Below are positions 11,581 through 26,348 of a stretch of DNA of 64,000 bases, piece by piece. The DNA is from Mytilus trossulus (Eukaryota), in NCBI RefSeq assembly GCF_036588685.1, contig NC_086377.1:17794001-17858000 (forward strand), read 5' to 3'. The notes under the pieces are model-generated. The model saw nothing but the letters and a program-made list of their open reading frames with translations, was not told the origin of the DNA and searched no databases. Position numbers and translations under genes: made by a program. The first letter of the stretch is position 1. Every line of letters begins with the position of its first letter.

Positions 11581-14500
11581 AATATATAGATAGATTATGT
11601 TGTTGTTATTTTATGTACTAACAAGAGTGCAGTGATTCGAGAAGAAAAAGTGCTACGCTATCTGTACGTGTAGGACTCTTGCAACAATTCTTTCTAAAAT
11701 CTGATTACCGTCTTGTAAATGAATGAAATATTCGCCACTGGGCGATAAACCCCAAGTTTTTGGTGGAGAACGTGTTGCTAAGTCTTTAGTTTTCTATGTT
11801 GTTTCTTGTGTACTGTTGTTTGTCTGTTTGTCTTTTTTTAATTTTTAGTCATGGTTTGTCAGTTTATTTTCGATTAATGATTTTGACTGTTCTTCTTGTA
11901 TCTTTTGCCCCACTTTTAAACCATACAACAAGGAATAAGTCAATCAAATTGTGATGGCAAGACTCAATGTTTATTTTTTTTTAGTTATATTTTTCTATTT
12001 TAGTCTTCGTTTTTTACTAGCTTAGTAGTTTTCCTCAGTTAATTATTTGGGTTTTTTTTATTGAACGAAATTGCCTTACAAACTTAAGAGTAATTTATTA
12101 TAAAACAAAATTCACTCGTCTTTATCAATATTTTTTTTTTATATTAGAAATTGCCTGTACCAAGTCAGGAATATGACACCTGTCATCCATTCGGATGATA
12201 TGTTGAGTTTTTGATTTTACCACTTGATTAAGGACTTACCGTTTTCGTTTTTTTTTGTGATTTTACTTTTGACTGTAATTAACAAATCGACTAAGGTTTT
12301 AACTCGGGCAACGTTGACCTGAAATTGATGTTTTCATTTTGGTCATAAAATCCCTCAAGTGTGTAGGTATTTGAGCGTCCTTTACTTCATAGTTTTAGAT
12401 AATCATGAACGTTCCTGGTGAAAGTTCAATGTTATAATATTTCTACCGTTATGTTTTTTTCACATTTCTCTTGAAATTTTTCCATTTGTTCTTTCTATCG
12501 TTAAAAACGGCATCAAATTTACCTGTGGTTGCTATAAGACCCTTTAATGTACAGTTGTTGTTATGTACTCTCTACGAGGGCCGTATTTCTCGATTAGATA
12601 GAGGGGAGCTTCGCAGTGAAATATGTCATTTGTACCACAGACAGCTTAGAGTGCATATCAGCAAGTTAAGGAGATAAACAATCTATCACGAATAGAAAAA
12701 GTGAAGTGTTGCTAATGTATTGCGTTTCACATCTTTCACTATTATTGTGAGATTTTTTTTGTTAAGATTACCATGCCTTAGTGCTTTCCAGTTGTTCTTA
12801 TATTTCTTATTAAAAATGTGATATGAAATTATCAAAAAATAAAAATATTGAATGTGAATTATTAGTTATCGTCTTTTGTGGCTTTCTTTTAACTTTATCT
12901 GATCTTTGGGGATATTTGTTCAATTGGCAATAAGCAGACCACATCTCCTTATTTTTATATAGTGGCAATAGATCTGTATAAGTTACATGAACACGCATAT
13001 AGGCTATCCAGTGGAAAGGAGTACATCCGAACCGTTACTTCGAATATTTCAATCCTACTAGTATATGGGTTGATTTAAAATACATTTACAATTAAGCAAT
13101 GGATTTGGTTTTTAAATTTGATAGAATGGACTTGTTTGCGACTGTCATACAAGAGGATTCGCGCTATAAAAGCAAGGTTCAATCCACCATTTTCTACATT
13201 TATAAACGCCCGTACCAAGACAGGAATATGACAGTTGTTGTCTATTCGTTTGCTATGTTTTATCATTTGATTTTGCTATTTGATTAGGTACTTTCCGTTT
13301 TGAATTTTACTCGGAGTTCGGTATTTTCGTGATTTTACACCAGTGTATAGCGTATTTTTAAAGTTTATAGGATCTCATTCATTTTCATACTATTTACCTG
13401 TGTTTACTTGTAATATTCTTCTTTTTCTTCCTGGTAAAATTAGCGGAAATGAAATGAATATTTTGGCGCAAATGAAATATTATTTTCACGCAAATGAAAT
13501 GACTCTTGACGAAAAGGCAAAGCACAGATTCCTACATTATGAGATTTGTAGATCAAATAGTAAAGTTTTATGTTGGAGTTCACAGATTTTTATGTTAATA
13601 ATGGGATTATTAGGGATTATGCTGTAACGACTATAAACAAATAAACTAATGTAAATCAAGGTGAAAATCAAGAAAAAAGTTCCTATTAAATATCGTCATA
13701 AAAGCGGGAGATTTGGCTAGTCACAAAACAAGGTACAACCCACCATTGTTTCTTAAAATTTCCTGTACCAAGTCCGAAAAATAGCAATTGTTATCCTATA
13801 GTTGAAGTTCGTTCCTGTGTGTGTTGCATTGTCGCTTGGTGGTTTTTTCCCTTTAGTGTTTCTGTTGTTTCGTTGTTTTCCTCTTATATTCGATGTGTTT
13901 TCCTTAGTTTTAGTTTGTAACCCGGATTTGTTTCCACTTCATCAATTTATGACTTTCGAATAGCGGTATACTACAGTAACTGTAGTCTTAATTCCTATCA
14001 TTATTTTAAAAGTTATGATTATTGTAACAATGCTTGCAGTTGGAAATTAACAATGTATCCTTAAATACAAACATAGAATAGTAAGTGGAGAAGAGAATAC
14101 AATTGATTTTTCAGTCTTCTAGAAATGTCTTTGAATGGCTGTCTGTAAAAAATGTATAATTTAAGCTATATTTCCATGAAACTAAAACAAGTCTTTACTA
14201 TTTTGTGTTGAAATAAGCATAAACAATTGTATTGCCCAGTTTTACACATTTCTAGAAGTATTGCCCAGCCCGGGCGGGTAATACTTTGCAACCCTGTGTA
14301 CACTCGGTGAACTATTCTAGATGTTGGGTCGATATCATAATACAAACATAATCAGAGTTTAGCATGGTGCCCATTTCGCTTAACTAGTATACATTATTGT
14401 TTAGGGACAAGCTGAAGCCCGCCTATGGTTCACATAGACAAAAACAAGTGTATGTGTTTCAAGTGCGGGATTTTCTCGCTACATTGAAGACCTATTGGTG

Positions 14501-14712
14501 ACCTTGTACTTGTTTTCTACTCTTTGCCGGGTATTAAACATTTGACAAATTTCCCGTTTCTACTATCAATTCCATACATAAACCATTAAAGAAAACTCGT
14601 GTTCAAGAATAAACAGAAGATAATACACTCTTTAGTAGAAATTCAAATACAAGATAAAAAAGAAGTGTTTACACTTTAGTTGATACTTCAAACTTAACAT
14701 TTCGCAATTTGA

Positions 14713-17700
14713 TTAAATCAGATTAAATTTTGCCGATATTGCCTCCCCCGAGTTTTTATCGTGCGCCTTCAGGTCTATTTCCGTATTTCCGAGAACAAAT
14801 TCAACGTCTACCCAACGCCTCTCTTCGCATGTGTCAGAAAAAGTAATTGTCGGTGTACATAACAGGAAGCATCTATCATCGTCCACATATCCCGGTGTTG
14901 TCTCTTCAGATACGTACACCATAATGTCCATCTTGTCTTGATGTTTGTAAGGTGTAAAAAAAGATTTTTTAACTATCATTCCAGCTTCGGCGCTTTCATC
15001 TTTCCCGATAATGAGAGAAAAAATATTATCACACCTTTCTTCCCCTTCCATAATCACATAATGTTTTCTATCATATTTCTTTTCGTTCCAAGCTACATTT
15101 GTTTTGACGCCATAACTACACCGCATGACACGTGATTGTATATAATCTGGCTTATGACCGAACAAAACGGCCCCTTTCAGCACTGACAGACCAGCCTCTT
15201 CTGGAATTATAATTCTCTGATCCGGAAATGCTTTTCGAACTGCACTTTGCATCAGTTGACATTCTGAGAATCCTCCAACCATTAAAACATGTTTGACCTC
15301 CTTTAATGACCTATTTCGTAAAATCTCTCTCATTAGAGATATAACACCGTCAATTGAAGGGGTAAACAACTTTTTAAAAAACTCAACGTTTATACGGATT
15401 TTATCATGTGCTAGTTTAATGTCTTTTGAGTATGGCGAGCTTTCCAGTAGAGACTTAAAGTCTTTTTTGTGAACTTTCTGACACTTTTCATCGAGCGCCA
15501 CGACAGGGATAGACATTGTTACTTTAATTCTTGTGCTTGTTTCAACTGTTCTTTTCTGGGATTCGAACTCTCGTACAAGATCCAAATATGCAAGAGGGCT
15601 TTCTTTCTTTAATGAATTCATTGTTGTTTCTCCGACTATTTCTTCGAACAGTTCTAAGAAGCGTTTATCAATCGATGTACCACCACAATTGTTACCCATA
15701 GCTCTGTGTTTTTCTTTTAATTTACCATTTGCAGCTTTCCGGTGAACCGTTATATCTGCAGTTCCACCTGAAGAAAACCAAAACAAATATATGGATTCAT
15801 TACTTTCCATTGGACACCAATTTTTGTGCATTTCGCGGGTATTGGTGAACCTATACAATTTATAGAGTTGGACGGAGAGTTGTCTCATTGACACTCATAA
15901 CACATCTTCTTATATCTATTTGGCAAAACCACGAACATTAAATATTCACGAACTTGTAAGGTTTCCTTAATTCACGAAAATTGACACCTACGAAAATGAA
16001 CCCATAGTAGAAAAAACACGTTAATTTTGAATTTATCATCTATACAGTCAAAGGCAATTAAAAAACTTGCATCTTTTTAAGAAGAAAGAGAAGTCAAGAC
16101 ACAATTTGTATATGTTTATGAAATAACCTACTGAATTTCAAAATTAATTAGCTACTGTTACTCTCTTACTAACTTATCAAAACTGAGGGGATAAATGATT
16201 TTAACAAATCTAGCAACAAAGACCGGCATCAATATATCCATGAAACTGGGTTTATTTTGGCATAGCAGTATAATATATTTACGCTCGAACAAACTCAAAA
16301 GGGCAAAAAAGATATGAAAGACGATTCAAGAGAGGATAATCCATCCCGTATGTTTATCATATTTAATGTTGTTAGTTATATGTATGTAATACTATACCTC
16401 CTAGATCAACAACCATATACTCTGTCCCCTCGGCTGGCATGGTAAATCCAGATTCCGAACCCTTTAGTTTCTCAGTGGATAAGTATTGGCAGAAGATTGA
16501 AGCAGTCTCTGGTTCCAGCGCAAGGATCAAATTATTAGTGGGTATATCAGCCTTGAATAAATGGAAATCAGAAAATACATACTGATATATCTATATTCTA
16601 AATATAAAAAATTAATGGAAAATTAAATTTTTAAAATATAACTAGCACTGTACTTACAGTGAAACAAATGCATTGCCAGCTGAAGGACGCCTCCTGGTGC
16701 GGAAATTTCTCGTTACATTGAAGACCTGTTGGTGACCTTCTGCTGTTGTTTTTTCTATGGTCGGGTTGTTGTCTCTTTGATACATTCCCCATTTCCATTC
16801 TCAATTTTATTGAACATACACAATTTTGTCATTCTTAGTGCTTCACTACAAGATGTATGCACCGTAAATAAATCAGACAATGTTTTACTTCTAAAGGTCA
16901 AAGACTTAAATCAAGGTAAGTGTGATCATTTGGCATACACAGTTTTTGGTAGGGTAACGGTTAGTGTTAAAAAGTCATGCTTCGAACATATATGAGTCGT
17001 GGTGTATTGGTAAGCGCATTAGACTTCAAACACAAAAGTTCTGTTTCGATCCTCGTTCCAGGGAGAACATTTTAGGGACTGAATTTGCGGCTCCCCGTGA
17101 CACCATTTGCGAGTATGGTCTTGATAAACGACGATAGTCCGTCGGATGTGACAAAAAATTACTAATCTGTGTTAAGAGAGATAGCAACATGTATTGCACC
17201 CTTGTAGATTTCGGAAAAAAAAAACAATGATGCATCAGAACACCTCGTTTGGTCAACCTAAGATCTAAGGTACAGACAGACAGACACACACAAACCGAAA
17301 AACAGATAGACGGATTCCTATATCCAAACTTTGTTCGCGGGTGGGGTATTAGAATGTGGGACACTGTACGTCTACACAGATTGTCTTTATGTCTCCTTTA
17401 AACTGTAGGGTTAAGGTTTAAAAACAATCTCCGTAATAACTATATTGAAGCAGGATCTGCTTACCCTTCCGGAGCACCTGAGATCAACCCTAGTTTTTGG
17501 TGGGGTTCGTGTTGTTTATTCTTTAGTTTTCTATGGTGTGTAATGTGTACTATTGTTTTTCTGTTTGTCTTTTTCATTTTTAGCCATGGCGTTGTCAGTT
17601 TGTTTTAGATTTATGAGTATGACTGTCCCTTTGGTATCTTTCGTCCCTCTTTTAACAAGGAAATAAATGTGTAACAGCGATGTAATTCAAAGTGAAACTA

Positions 17701-20700
17701 CTTGCAAACATATTTAATTTGGCATCACATTGCCGTATTATTGCTTTAAACTAAGAAAATGTGCAGACAGTTCTTAAATTCACAGAAAATAAGAATTACT
17801 ATATACAGAATATTTGACATTCATAAATAAATTAAAACTAAAATTATTGTGTAGATAGTGTACTTTCCAAATATCTGCTATGTTATTTAGTTTCTGAATC
17901 TTCGTCGATAATTGAAAACCAAATTATGAGCTTCAAACATCAGAATCTGAACATTTTTTTAATTTCATTCGCTTACCGCTTCAGCACAAGACCTCATAAA
18001 CTTCTTTGCTCGATCTGTCCAAATTGCAGGAACTGTGAGGACCCATTGAACCTCGTTATGGCGGACTACATTACCACGTGTTTTCAAAATATCTAACAAA
18101 TGGTTCACTAAATATTGGATTGAAAATTTAAACACATCAAAAGCTGGCAATCGTTTTGTACCAGTTATATCATCTAACATCATGCCACTTGTGATATTCT
18201 AAAAAGAGAACAAAAAGCATGTTATTTGATTTTGCTTCGCATCACGTTGCGGAGCTATTAGTTGCAGAAGACATACACGCCATCTTGAAATAATTACTTA
18301 TCGCATAATATGTTCTGATTGGTTATTAAAAAAGAAGGTGTGGTATCATTGCCAATGAGACAACTCTCCACAAGAGACTCAAATGACATAGGAATTAACA
18401 ACTATAGGTCATCATACGGTTACATTATTATGTGTTCGCTACGTTTGTTTTTGCTGTTTATCGGATAGGAATCCATTATTTTTAACACACGTGTTGCAAT
18501 TAAAATGTTGCACGCTAGCATCTTCTTTTCTATTGATTGTTTTATAACAAACGGTTTCAACAGCTATTGTTGAAAACCTAATCAAGTCCATGCAAATTTA
18601 TTTATTTTAATTTTAGAAAGAACACACTAGTATATGTAAATAGTAAATGTAGAAAGATTGAAAGAGAAATATTTCCTGCTTAATTTTCAAATGAGTATAC
18701 ATGTATTTAATAAAAGAGGACAACGAACCGGTAATTTTATACTGCTTTTTTATGGTTCCGTTATTGATGGAAATTCATTTTATAGTGGTCTTTTAAAAAC
18801 CTTTTAATCTTGAATTGGAGCAGTAAACATCATAAAAAATAATCATGATGAAAATGAGAATGGATATATTACCAAGAGACAACAACCTGACCAAAGGACA
18901 GAAAGTTGCCGAAAGCCACCAATGACCCTTTAACGCAGTGAGAAAATCCCGCACCCGTAGGTGGGCCTCAAATGGTCCCTTAATAAAAAAAAAAACTGTA
19001 CTAGTTTAGTGAAAAATGGACGTCATACCAACTCCAAAACTTAAATACGAACTGAAATGAAAAAAACCCCAAAAACATACAAGACTAAGTTAGTTGACTC
19101 TACCTGTGACTTTGGACAGGCGTATAAATGCGGCCGGTTCAATCAAGTTTTGTGAGATCTTAACCTTCCCCCTATACATCTAGCCTACTATGTAGAATAT
19201 AGAAACACATAGCAATACTCACAGTAAAACTCAGTTCAAAAGAAGTCCTAGTCCGAATTCAGAAAAGGTAACAAAAGAAATTTATCAAAATGACAATGAA
19301 ACATAAATTAACAAAGGACTACTATTAGTTACTGACATATAACAAAGAAGATGTGGTGTCATTGTCAATGAGATAACTCTCCACAAAAGACCAAAACATT
19401 AATCATGATAATGGAATATGTAGACAGCTTTCTCACAAGCAAACAGCCCCGAACTGTAAAAATGTAGGGACATGCCAACTCCAGACCTCAATTAAACTGA
19501 TTGAAAGATCATGTCTTCATCATATGAATATCAAGCACATGTACTATTCTTGAATATGTTTTGACAGAAAGAATAGTCGGAGTATTTTTAATTGCTTCTT
19601 GCTGAAGCTTTGACGCATAAATCAATGCTACGATGTATTAAAATCCAATTACGACCGAAAGAAAAGTCGAAAATAGACAAGGAACTAGAGGAGGATACTA
19701 ACGAATTCCGTAATATGTGAAAATTTGAACTAATAATTTCAGATCATCTAAATGGTTTAGATATGTGTTTGTATGAATCTAAAACTTGTTTTGTAATCTA
19801 ATTATTGTGCACATGTGATTTATTTCCTTAATGTATAACGATTTAATGTATAACAGGAAATCAGTTTGTATTAACAAAAAGTTCTTATCTTTAATACTTT
19901 GTGTCCTTGTTGCAATTATAATCAAACTATTTTGCAATGACCACCTTGATACACCGCCTTGTTACATCAAATGTATGTTTCATTATAATACGTTATTCTG
20001 ATTGGCTACACTGCAATCTTGCGTTATTCCTTAATCAACTTCAATACACATTAAAATTTACCATTCATGATGACAAGAGGTCCCACAATAAAGTGCACAG
20101 GTGTATCAAATAAAAACTTGATAAAAATCGTGTATTCATGATCCTAGCTTAAATATGTAATTATAAGCATTGAATGCTTCTTTTTGTAACTTCATACGGT
20201 AAAAGCGAATTGACCTATAGCGCAAATTTTAGAATGAAGCGCTTCCGCGATTCATAAAACTGAAATGTACATCGGTCAACGCTTTTACACCCAAATGAAG
20301 TTACAAAAAGCAGCATTTAATTCTTAAATAGATTTGGAGGATGAAACTGGATAGGGTTTTAAGTTCGGTAGCAAAAATTACAACCATATCAAGACTTCAA
20401 CATGTAAATGAATATGAATATGTATAAAAAAAATAGTTCCAGGTTAACGAGACAGACTCACTGGGTCAGATATTTTAGACGATATTTAACTAGGAAACAG
20501 TCAGTAGGATCACTTGCCAACTACAAGGACAATTTCAACTGAATCTTGGCCGACCATGCAGTCCACTATTCTTAAAAATAAAAGCCGCGCGGCGTGGTTT
20601 TTTTGCAGAGAAGAAGCAAATAACAATTTAAAAATCTATGTTAGTTGACTCTACCTGTGATCGTAGTTAACTGACTCGAAGAAAAGGGATACAACAATTG

Positions 20701-21354
20701 TAAAAGGAGTGCTGGTTAACGAACACCGAGATGCTAGAACTATATATTGATCAATTTTTAAAAAATAAATAGTTGGAAGATTGTCAATGAGACAATTCTC
20801 CGCAAGGGGCCAACATGAAACAGAAATTAACAACTATAGGTCACCGTACGGCCTTCAATAATGAACAACCCCCATATCGCATAATCAGCTATAAAAGGCC
20901 CCAAAATGACAATGTAAAACAAATCAAACGAGGAGACTAACGGCCTAATTTACACATATATGTACCAAAAATGAAGTAAAAACAAAAATATAACGTATAA
21001 ACAAACTATATAAAAATATTTCAACAATGATAAACAAAGTACCTTATTATTATGTAGATTCATTTTGAAACGTTCAAAATAGTAGTATTCCTCGTGTTCT
21101 CCATCTAACAATAAATCTGCCCACTGGTTCTCTGCATCGTACCCGAAGGCAACACACTCTCGTTTACCATCTAATAAAAGACATGTCGGAGTTTTCATTG
21201 ACATAAATTGTCGACTTCCGGCCTTCCATACAGGGTTAGCTTGTATCTTTAATGGATCTTTAACGAATTCATCTCTCATGGAAAATGAATAACCTGAGTA
21301 TGTCGTACCAAAGTCTAAAGCAGCAACCATAAGGTAATTCCCTGTTTCTGCCAT
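14713..21354 (-). CDS. HSPA12: Heat shock 70 kDa protein 12-like (HSPA12 family), copy B, 580 aa, intact
   Basis: Coding exons 21354-21043, 18198-17977, 16551-16398 and 15767-14713, GT-AG, same phases as copy A, 1743 nt; same Hsp70-12 motifs. Confidence 0.92.
16994..17215 (+). mobile_element. tRNA-derived SINE (degenerate)
   Basis: A-box-like TGGTGTATTGG, B-box-like GTTTCGATCC, then a body containing GATAGTCCGTCGGATG that resembles bivalve SINE central domains. Confidence 0.5.
17449..17653 (+). mobile_element. PLE 3'-end repeat family R3 (also 11755-11917, 28611-28791 minus, 35380-35716, 58848-59054 minus, 61020-61505)
   Basis: GCAGGATCTGCTTACCCTTCCGGAGCACCTGAGATC...GGTATCTTTCGTCCCTCTTT. 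The 61020 copy is preceded by degenerate RT C-terminal coding sequence (HDFLDRG, LKSSLR, HHDLVDRYG). Confidence 0.65.
18850..19540 (-). mobile_element. Diverged Naiad-type PLE 3' UTR (family R2), sense within HSPA12-B intron
   Basis: Reverse complement aligns with 36480-36941: 3' arm of the SECIS, damaged twister module and terminal module. Confidence 0.7.
19973..20330. mobile_element. Non-autonomous element with long terminal foldback (related pieces at 28113-28200 and 59595-59745)
   Basis: ATTGAATGCTTCTTTTTGTAACTTCAT...ATGAAGTTACAAAAAGCAGCATTTAAT inverted repeat that recurs elsewhere in the window. Confidence 0.55.
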
Positions 21355-22284
21355 CGCTTATTATTATTGTCCTAAAATCAGAAGAATCACCGTTGTGTTG
21401 AATATTATTAAATGTAAACTATGTAACAACGAGTACAGTAATTTCAGCTTCATCATATAAGTTGCCTTTCACAAGCAGTTCAAAATTAAAATGGAATAAA
21501 AATAAATGGGGAATATGTCCATAGGAAACCCATGGTGCCTAGCATTCAAATAAAAGTTACTAAGGGACATATTTTGCATTTGTTTGCATCTGTCCTTAGT
21601 CAGGAACCTGATGTTTAGTATTCGTCGTCTGGTGTGATTTATAAGTGTTTCTTGTTTCGCGTTTTTTGTTTTGTTTTATACCGTAGACTTTCCTGTTTAT
21701 AAAAAAGAAGATGTGGTATGATTGCCAATGAGACAACTATCCACAAAAGACCAAAATGACACAGACATTAACAACTATAGGTCACCGTACGGCCTTCAAC
21801 AATGAGCAAAGCCCATACAGCTTAGTCAGCTATAAAAGGCCCCGATAAGACAATGTAAAACAATTCAAACGAGAAAAAAATTGAATGGTTTTACACTTGC
21901 CATTTTAGGGGCTCTTAATAGCTTGCTGTTCTGTATGAGCAAATGTTCCGTGTTGAAGGCCATACTGTGGTCTCTAATGGTTTACTTTTACAAAATGTGC
22001 CTTGGAGGGAGAGTTGTCTTCTTGGAACTCATACCACATCTTCTTATATCTAAATCACAAGAACGATGAAAGTGACGCTACGCAAGTACAAACTTGATTT
22101 ATGTTTTGTGGTAATAAGCATTGTGTATAAGATTCATAACATTTGGTTGAGGCAAACTTAAGAATGTCGTTTGTCGCTATGTTACATATTTGTGTTGTCG
22201 ACGTATATTTGTTCCACCTAACAGAAGTTCCAACTGAAACTTTGTTACAAATAATGTCATAAAAATTATTTTTTCTCATGTTTG

Positions 22285-22902
22285 ACAGGTGAAAAGCAAA
22301 ACAAACTACGCACATATTACAAGTTAAAAGAGGAATATAAACCTGAGACTTATACAAAGTTAAATATCCCAAAACAATATATTAGACAATTATGCAAATT
22401 AAGAATTTCTAACCACAATTTACACATTGAAAAAGGCAGATATGATAAAACGCCTTTGGATCAAAGAATATGTAAACATTGTATGGATAACAAAATTGAA
22501 GATGAGTTTCATTTTATATGTGAATGCAACCTCTATCACGAGGAGAGAGAAAAGTTTTATGATGACATTGTTAATATTATACCACGTTTTTGCAATTTAG
22601 ATAATTTTGATAAATTTAAATATTTAATGAACTGTTCGGAGACTAATGTTCTCACCAGATTTCTTATATATATAGACAAATGTATTTTGATTAGACATTC
22701 ATCAGTGGGAATAATTGCATAATATTGAAGTTTGAGTTCTGTCCCTTGCTTGTGATACGTGTCAAAATTGTTGGCTGTTATGTTTTATTGTTGTTTTGTT
22801 TTGTATATGTTTTTTTTTTTATATGTGTTCACATGTTTCAGCGATGATCCTTTTGTACTGGATTTTATACTGAATAAAATTAGTTAGTTAGTTAGTTAGT
22901 TA
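22285..22902 (+). mobile_element. 5'-truncated non-LTR retrotransposon (ORF2 C-terminus, 3' UTR, (TTAG)n tail)
   Basis: LRISNHNLHIEKGRY...RICKHC...IEDEFHFICEC C-terminal CCHC region; AATAAA followed by TTAG repeats at 22880-22901. Confidence 0.85.
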
Positions 22903-24661
22903 ATACCTATATTCCTGTTGGGAACAAATATTCTATACCATTTATTCCGTTAGGAACAAATACTGTAATATTTACTCCTCTGGAAATAATATTCCAGAAC
23001 ATATTTTCCTTTTGGAACTTATATTATTAAAGGAACTCCTATTCCGTGACTTTAAAGCAATTCATTTGTGTGACTGATTGATGATCATGATGATTACTAA
23101 ACATGAAGTACCCAATATTAGCCATTGGTTTTTATGATCATGATCATGTACTGGCATAAGCCTTTGGATTTTGCAAATCTCACCTAGTGAAATCAATCTT
23201 TTCCTTTTCTTCTTACATGCATGTACATGTATTCCATGAGTAAGTTATTTAATCAAGTCGGTTATATATATTTGAGATTGTGCTGTTTCACACCAATTGT
23301 GATTTCATCCTACAAATGGAAAAACAATAAAATGAATGCAAGGACATAAACTTTAAAAAAACAAATCAAGTCCCGTTTGAATCTTAATACTTCTTTCATC
23401 GAAAGTGAAAACACTTAACTGACGTAGAGAGGAATTTAAAGAAGGAACATTCAATCCTAATTTTCCCTCCAAAACTCAATAAAAGACATTGGTTCCTAGA
23501 CCCTTTTGTCGAAACATTTGCTAAATTATTTATTATACAATTTATGGTCTGTTGGAAATCGCGCTTCATTTAAGAATTGAAACCTTTCGGGGATGGTGAA
23601 GTAAAAGTGTTAACTGAAGCACATTTTGATTTAAAATATTATGTTTGTACATATACTTTTTAAAGACATTTCAGTAAAACCTATTATACTGTAACCCTGG
23701 TTACCATGATTACAAGATATAACAGTAGTTACATTTTTTTTTATTATTTATGAATGTTGTTGTGAAATAACTACTCCCTTTGCAGTGATAGTTAACTTGT
23801 TCTGCTGTGTCAGATTGTGGTGCCCAAGACGTAATAGCACTTTTTCAAGTTAACAAAATTGTTGCTATTTCTAACTGTCTGAAATCACATTATTAAAAAT
23901 GTTCCTACTGTTTTCCCTGAATGTCTTGTATTCTCTTATTTTCTACACTGCTTTGCAAGACACGTAAAGTGCTAGTATTTAAGGATGCTTTGTGATTATG
24001 AAACATTAACTGGTGGGTTATATATTCATAGGAAGACAAAAAATTACTGGCTGATTGAGGTTACAGGATAGACATGCCTGCATTACGTGTACAGCGATTG
24101 ATTTAAGTTTGCGGTAATTTTTGTTGGTAATTAACACATAGAAAGAGCTGTGAGAGTTAGAGTTATTATGAACAAATGGAAACATATAGTTCCCTTTGCG
24201 GATAGTAAGGTTATCAGAAGATAAGACAACATATTTTGACACCTGGACACTGTACGCACAAACCTCAGGCACAAACATTACGCAACACTTAGTATCAAAA
24301 TATAACTTTTATTTCAAATATATATATATTTTAATCTAACCAAAATGTTGAAAATAGACCCACATCTTTTTTTATTATTGATGTTATGACTCATATAGTC
24401 TTCAGAATTCATTTAAAAAGCTACAACTGAATTTTTCAACATGAGTGTATTGAAAATGTATTTTTTTGAAAATGGCCAATAAACATGCATAGGCCAAAAG
24501 TTGACTTTCAATAACCTCTCTATGAATGTAAAATCATGCGTGTTAAAAGAAATCAAAAGTACAAATAATATTTGATTGGTTTTCATGCACGTCCAAACTT
24601 GATTAACGAAAGAAAATAAACTGTAAAATATGAATGTACTTACCGCAATATTAAATAATTC

Positions 24662-24800
24662 TACTCACTCGACAAACACATCAAATGAATGAACTTCCTG
24701 TTTTTAAACTACTTCGCAGTTCGTCTATTTAAAGATTCTGGTAACCTACATTTAACAGTTTATCATATTTAATTTAAATACCTTCATAATAAATATATAA
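24662..24800 (-). promoter_or_regulatory. TATA-like promoter and non-coding exon 1 of HSPA12 copy B
   Basis: TTTAAATAGAC at 24733-24723; GTGAGTA donor at 24668-24662 (alternative GTAAGTA near 24644); acceptor at 21373-21372. Confidence 0.7.
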
Positions 24801-26348
24801 ACATTATACGCACTGATTAGTGTACTGAACTGGTCGCATTGTTTTTGTAACGTTAACATGAAATAGAAGCCGGGGAACCTTTCTATAACATTACAATGAT
24901 TACAGAATGTCAGAATTACTGGGATTCCATGCTAAAACAAATGTGATAATCCTGTAACTAAAATAATAGAGGGTCCGGAGGGGGAGGGAATTTGTTTTTA
25001 TATTCTTCTAAATTGTTTGGGCATTTTTTTAGATATATTAAGAAGATGTGGTATGGGTGCCAATGAAACAACTCTCCATTCATGTAACAATTTATAAAAG
25101 TAAGCCATATTATAAGTCAAAGTACGACCTTTATAAACACGGAGCCTTGGCTCACACTGAACATTAAGATATGAAGGTCCCTAAAAATTACCTACATGTA
25201 TGTCAAACCATTCAAACAGGATAATCTCTTTTCTTTCAACTCATATTTGAAAATAACGCTTCTTTTGTTTTTAAAATACTTATACACATAATTTACTATT
25301 ATTTTTTTCTATTAATTCATATTCTTCATTTTTGAGGTCAGTCTCGTATTACATATATAATTATAATTATTTTTATTTTTTTAAATTATTCTTTATACTT
25401 TTGCATCCAATTTAATGAATTCTCTATTATTTACTTTTTTGTTCTTTTTCTATATTCCTAAAATTGTATTTCCGTTATAATCTATTCTACAAAAAATGCA
25501 TATAACCCGTCCCCAACTCAACCAAGACCCTTACACCAGTTATACTTTCATACTGCTCTGGTTATTTTTGTTTTGAGGATGTTTTTTTTTATGCTGATGC
25601 GTCTAGAAAGCACGGCTCTTTTGTATAATATTCGTTATCGTCCCAAATATGCATGATATATATTCGTCACTTGTCACTATATATCGCCATTTATCAAAAT
25701 TCTCAAGAATTTCTTATCTATTATAGGTGAATCCAGTGATTTTCTTTTCTAAAAAGGGGGGGTCACAACCCCCGGAACTCGGACTCGTACTGAGAGTAGT
25801 TGTCTGAAACAACATTACGATACACTTATATATATAAAGTGGTATAATATGTATACTGTGGCCTTTATATGCCTTTTCGTGTTTTTTTCGTTGAGCTGCA
25901 CTGTCCTCCTGTCGTGTACATGTTTATTCCGCGTTTGTCTTTACTTCATATGTTCGTAGTCTTCAATCAAGAAATAGCTTTCATAAACACCTATCGATAA
26001 AAAAGATAAGTATACATTAACTATGCTAGTATTATATTTAAAAAAAAAAACCAACAAAATATTTTTATAGGGAAGGAGACAACTCAATTATTCATGTTTA
26101 TCATGTTTTCTTGTAAATATCTCTACAAATGAAATACTTTGTCAACAATATTTGTCAAGAATTCGTGAAATTCAATTGTATTTTACTGTATTAGTAATCA
26201 GACAGCATTAAATAAAACGTATGTTTTTTTCTTGATTGCAAGCTGAAGGACGCCTCCGGGTGCGGCAACTTCTCGCTACATTTAAGACCTGTTGGTGACC
26301 TTCTGCTGTAACAGTTTTTTTTTTCTATGGTCGGGTTGTTGTCTCTTG

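Noticed and set aside
17000-17060. tRNA-Sec-like CTTCAAA loop
   Set aside because: No cloverleaf; it is the decayed tRNA-derived head of a SINE.
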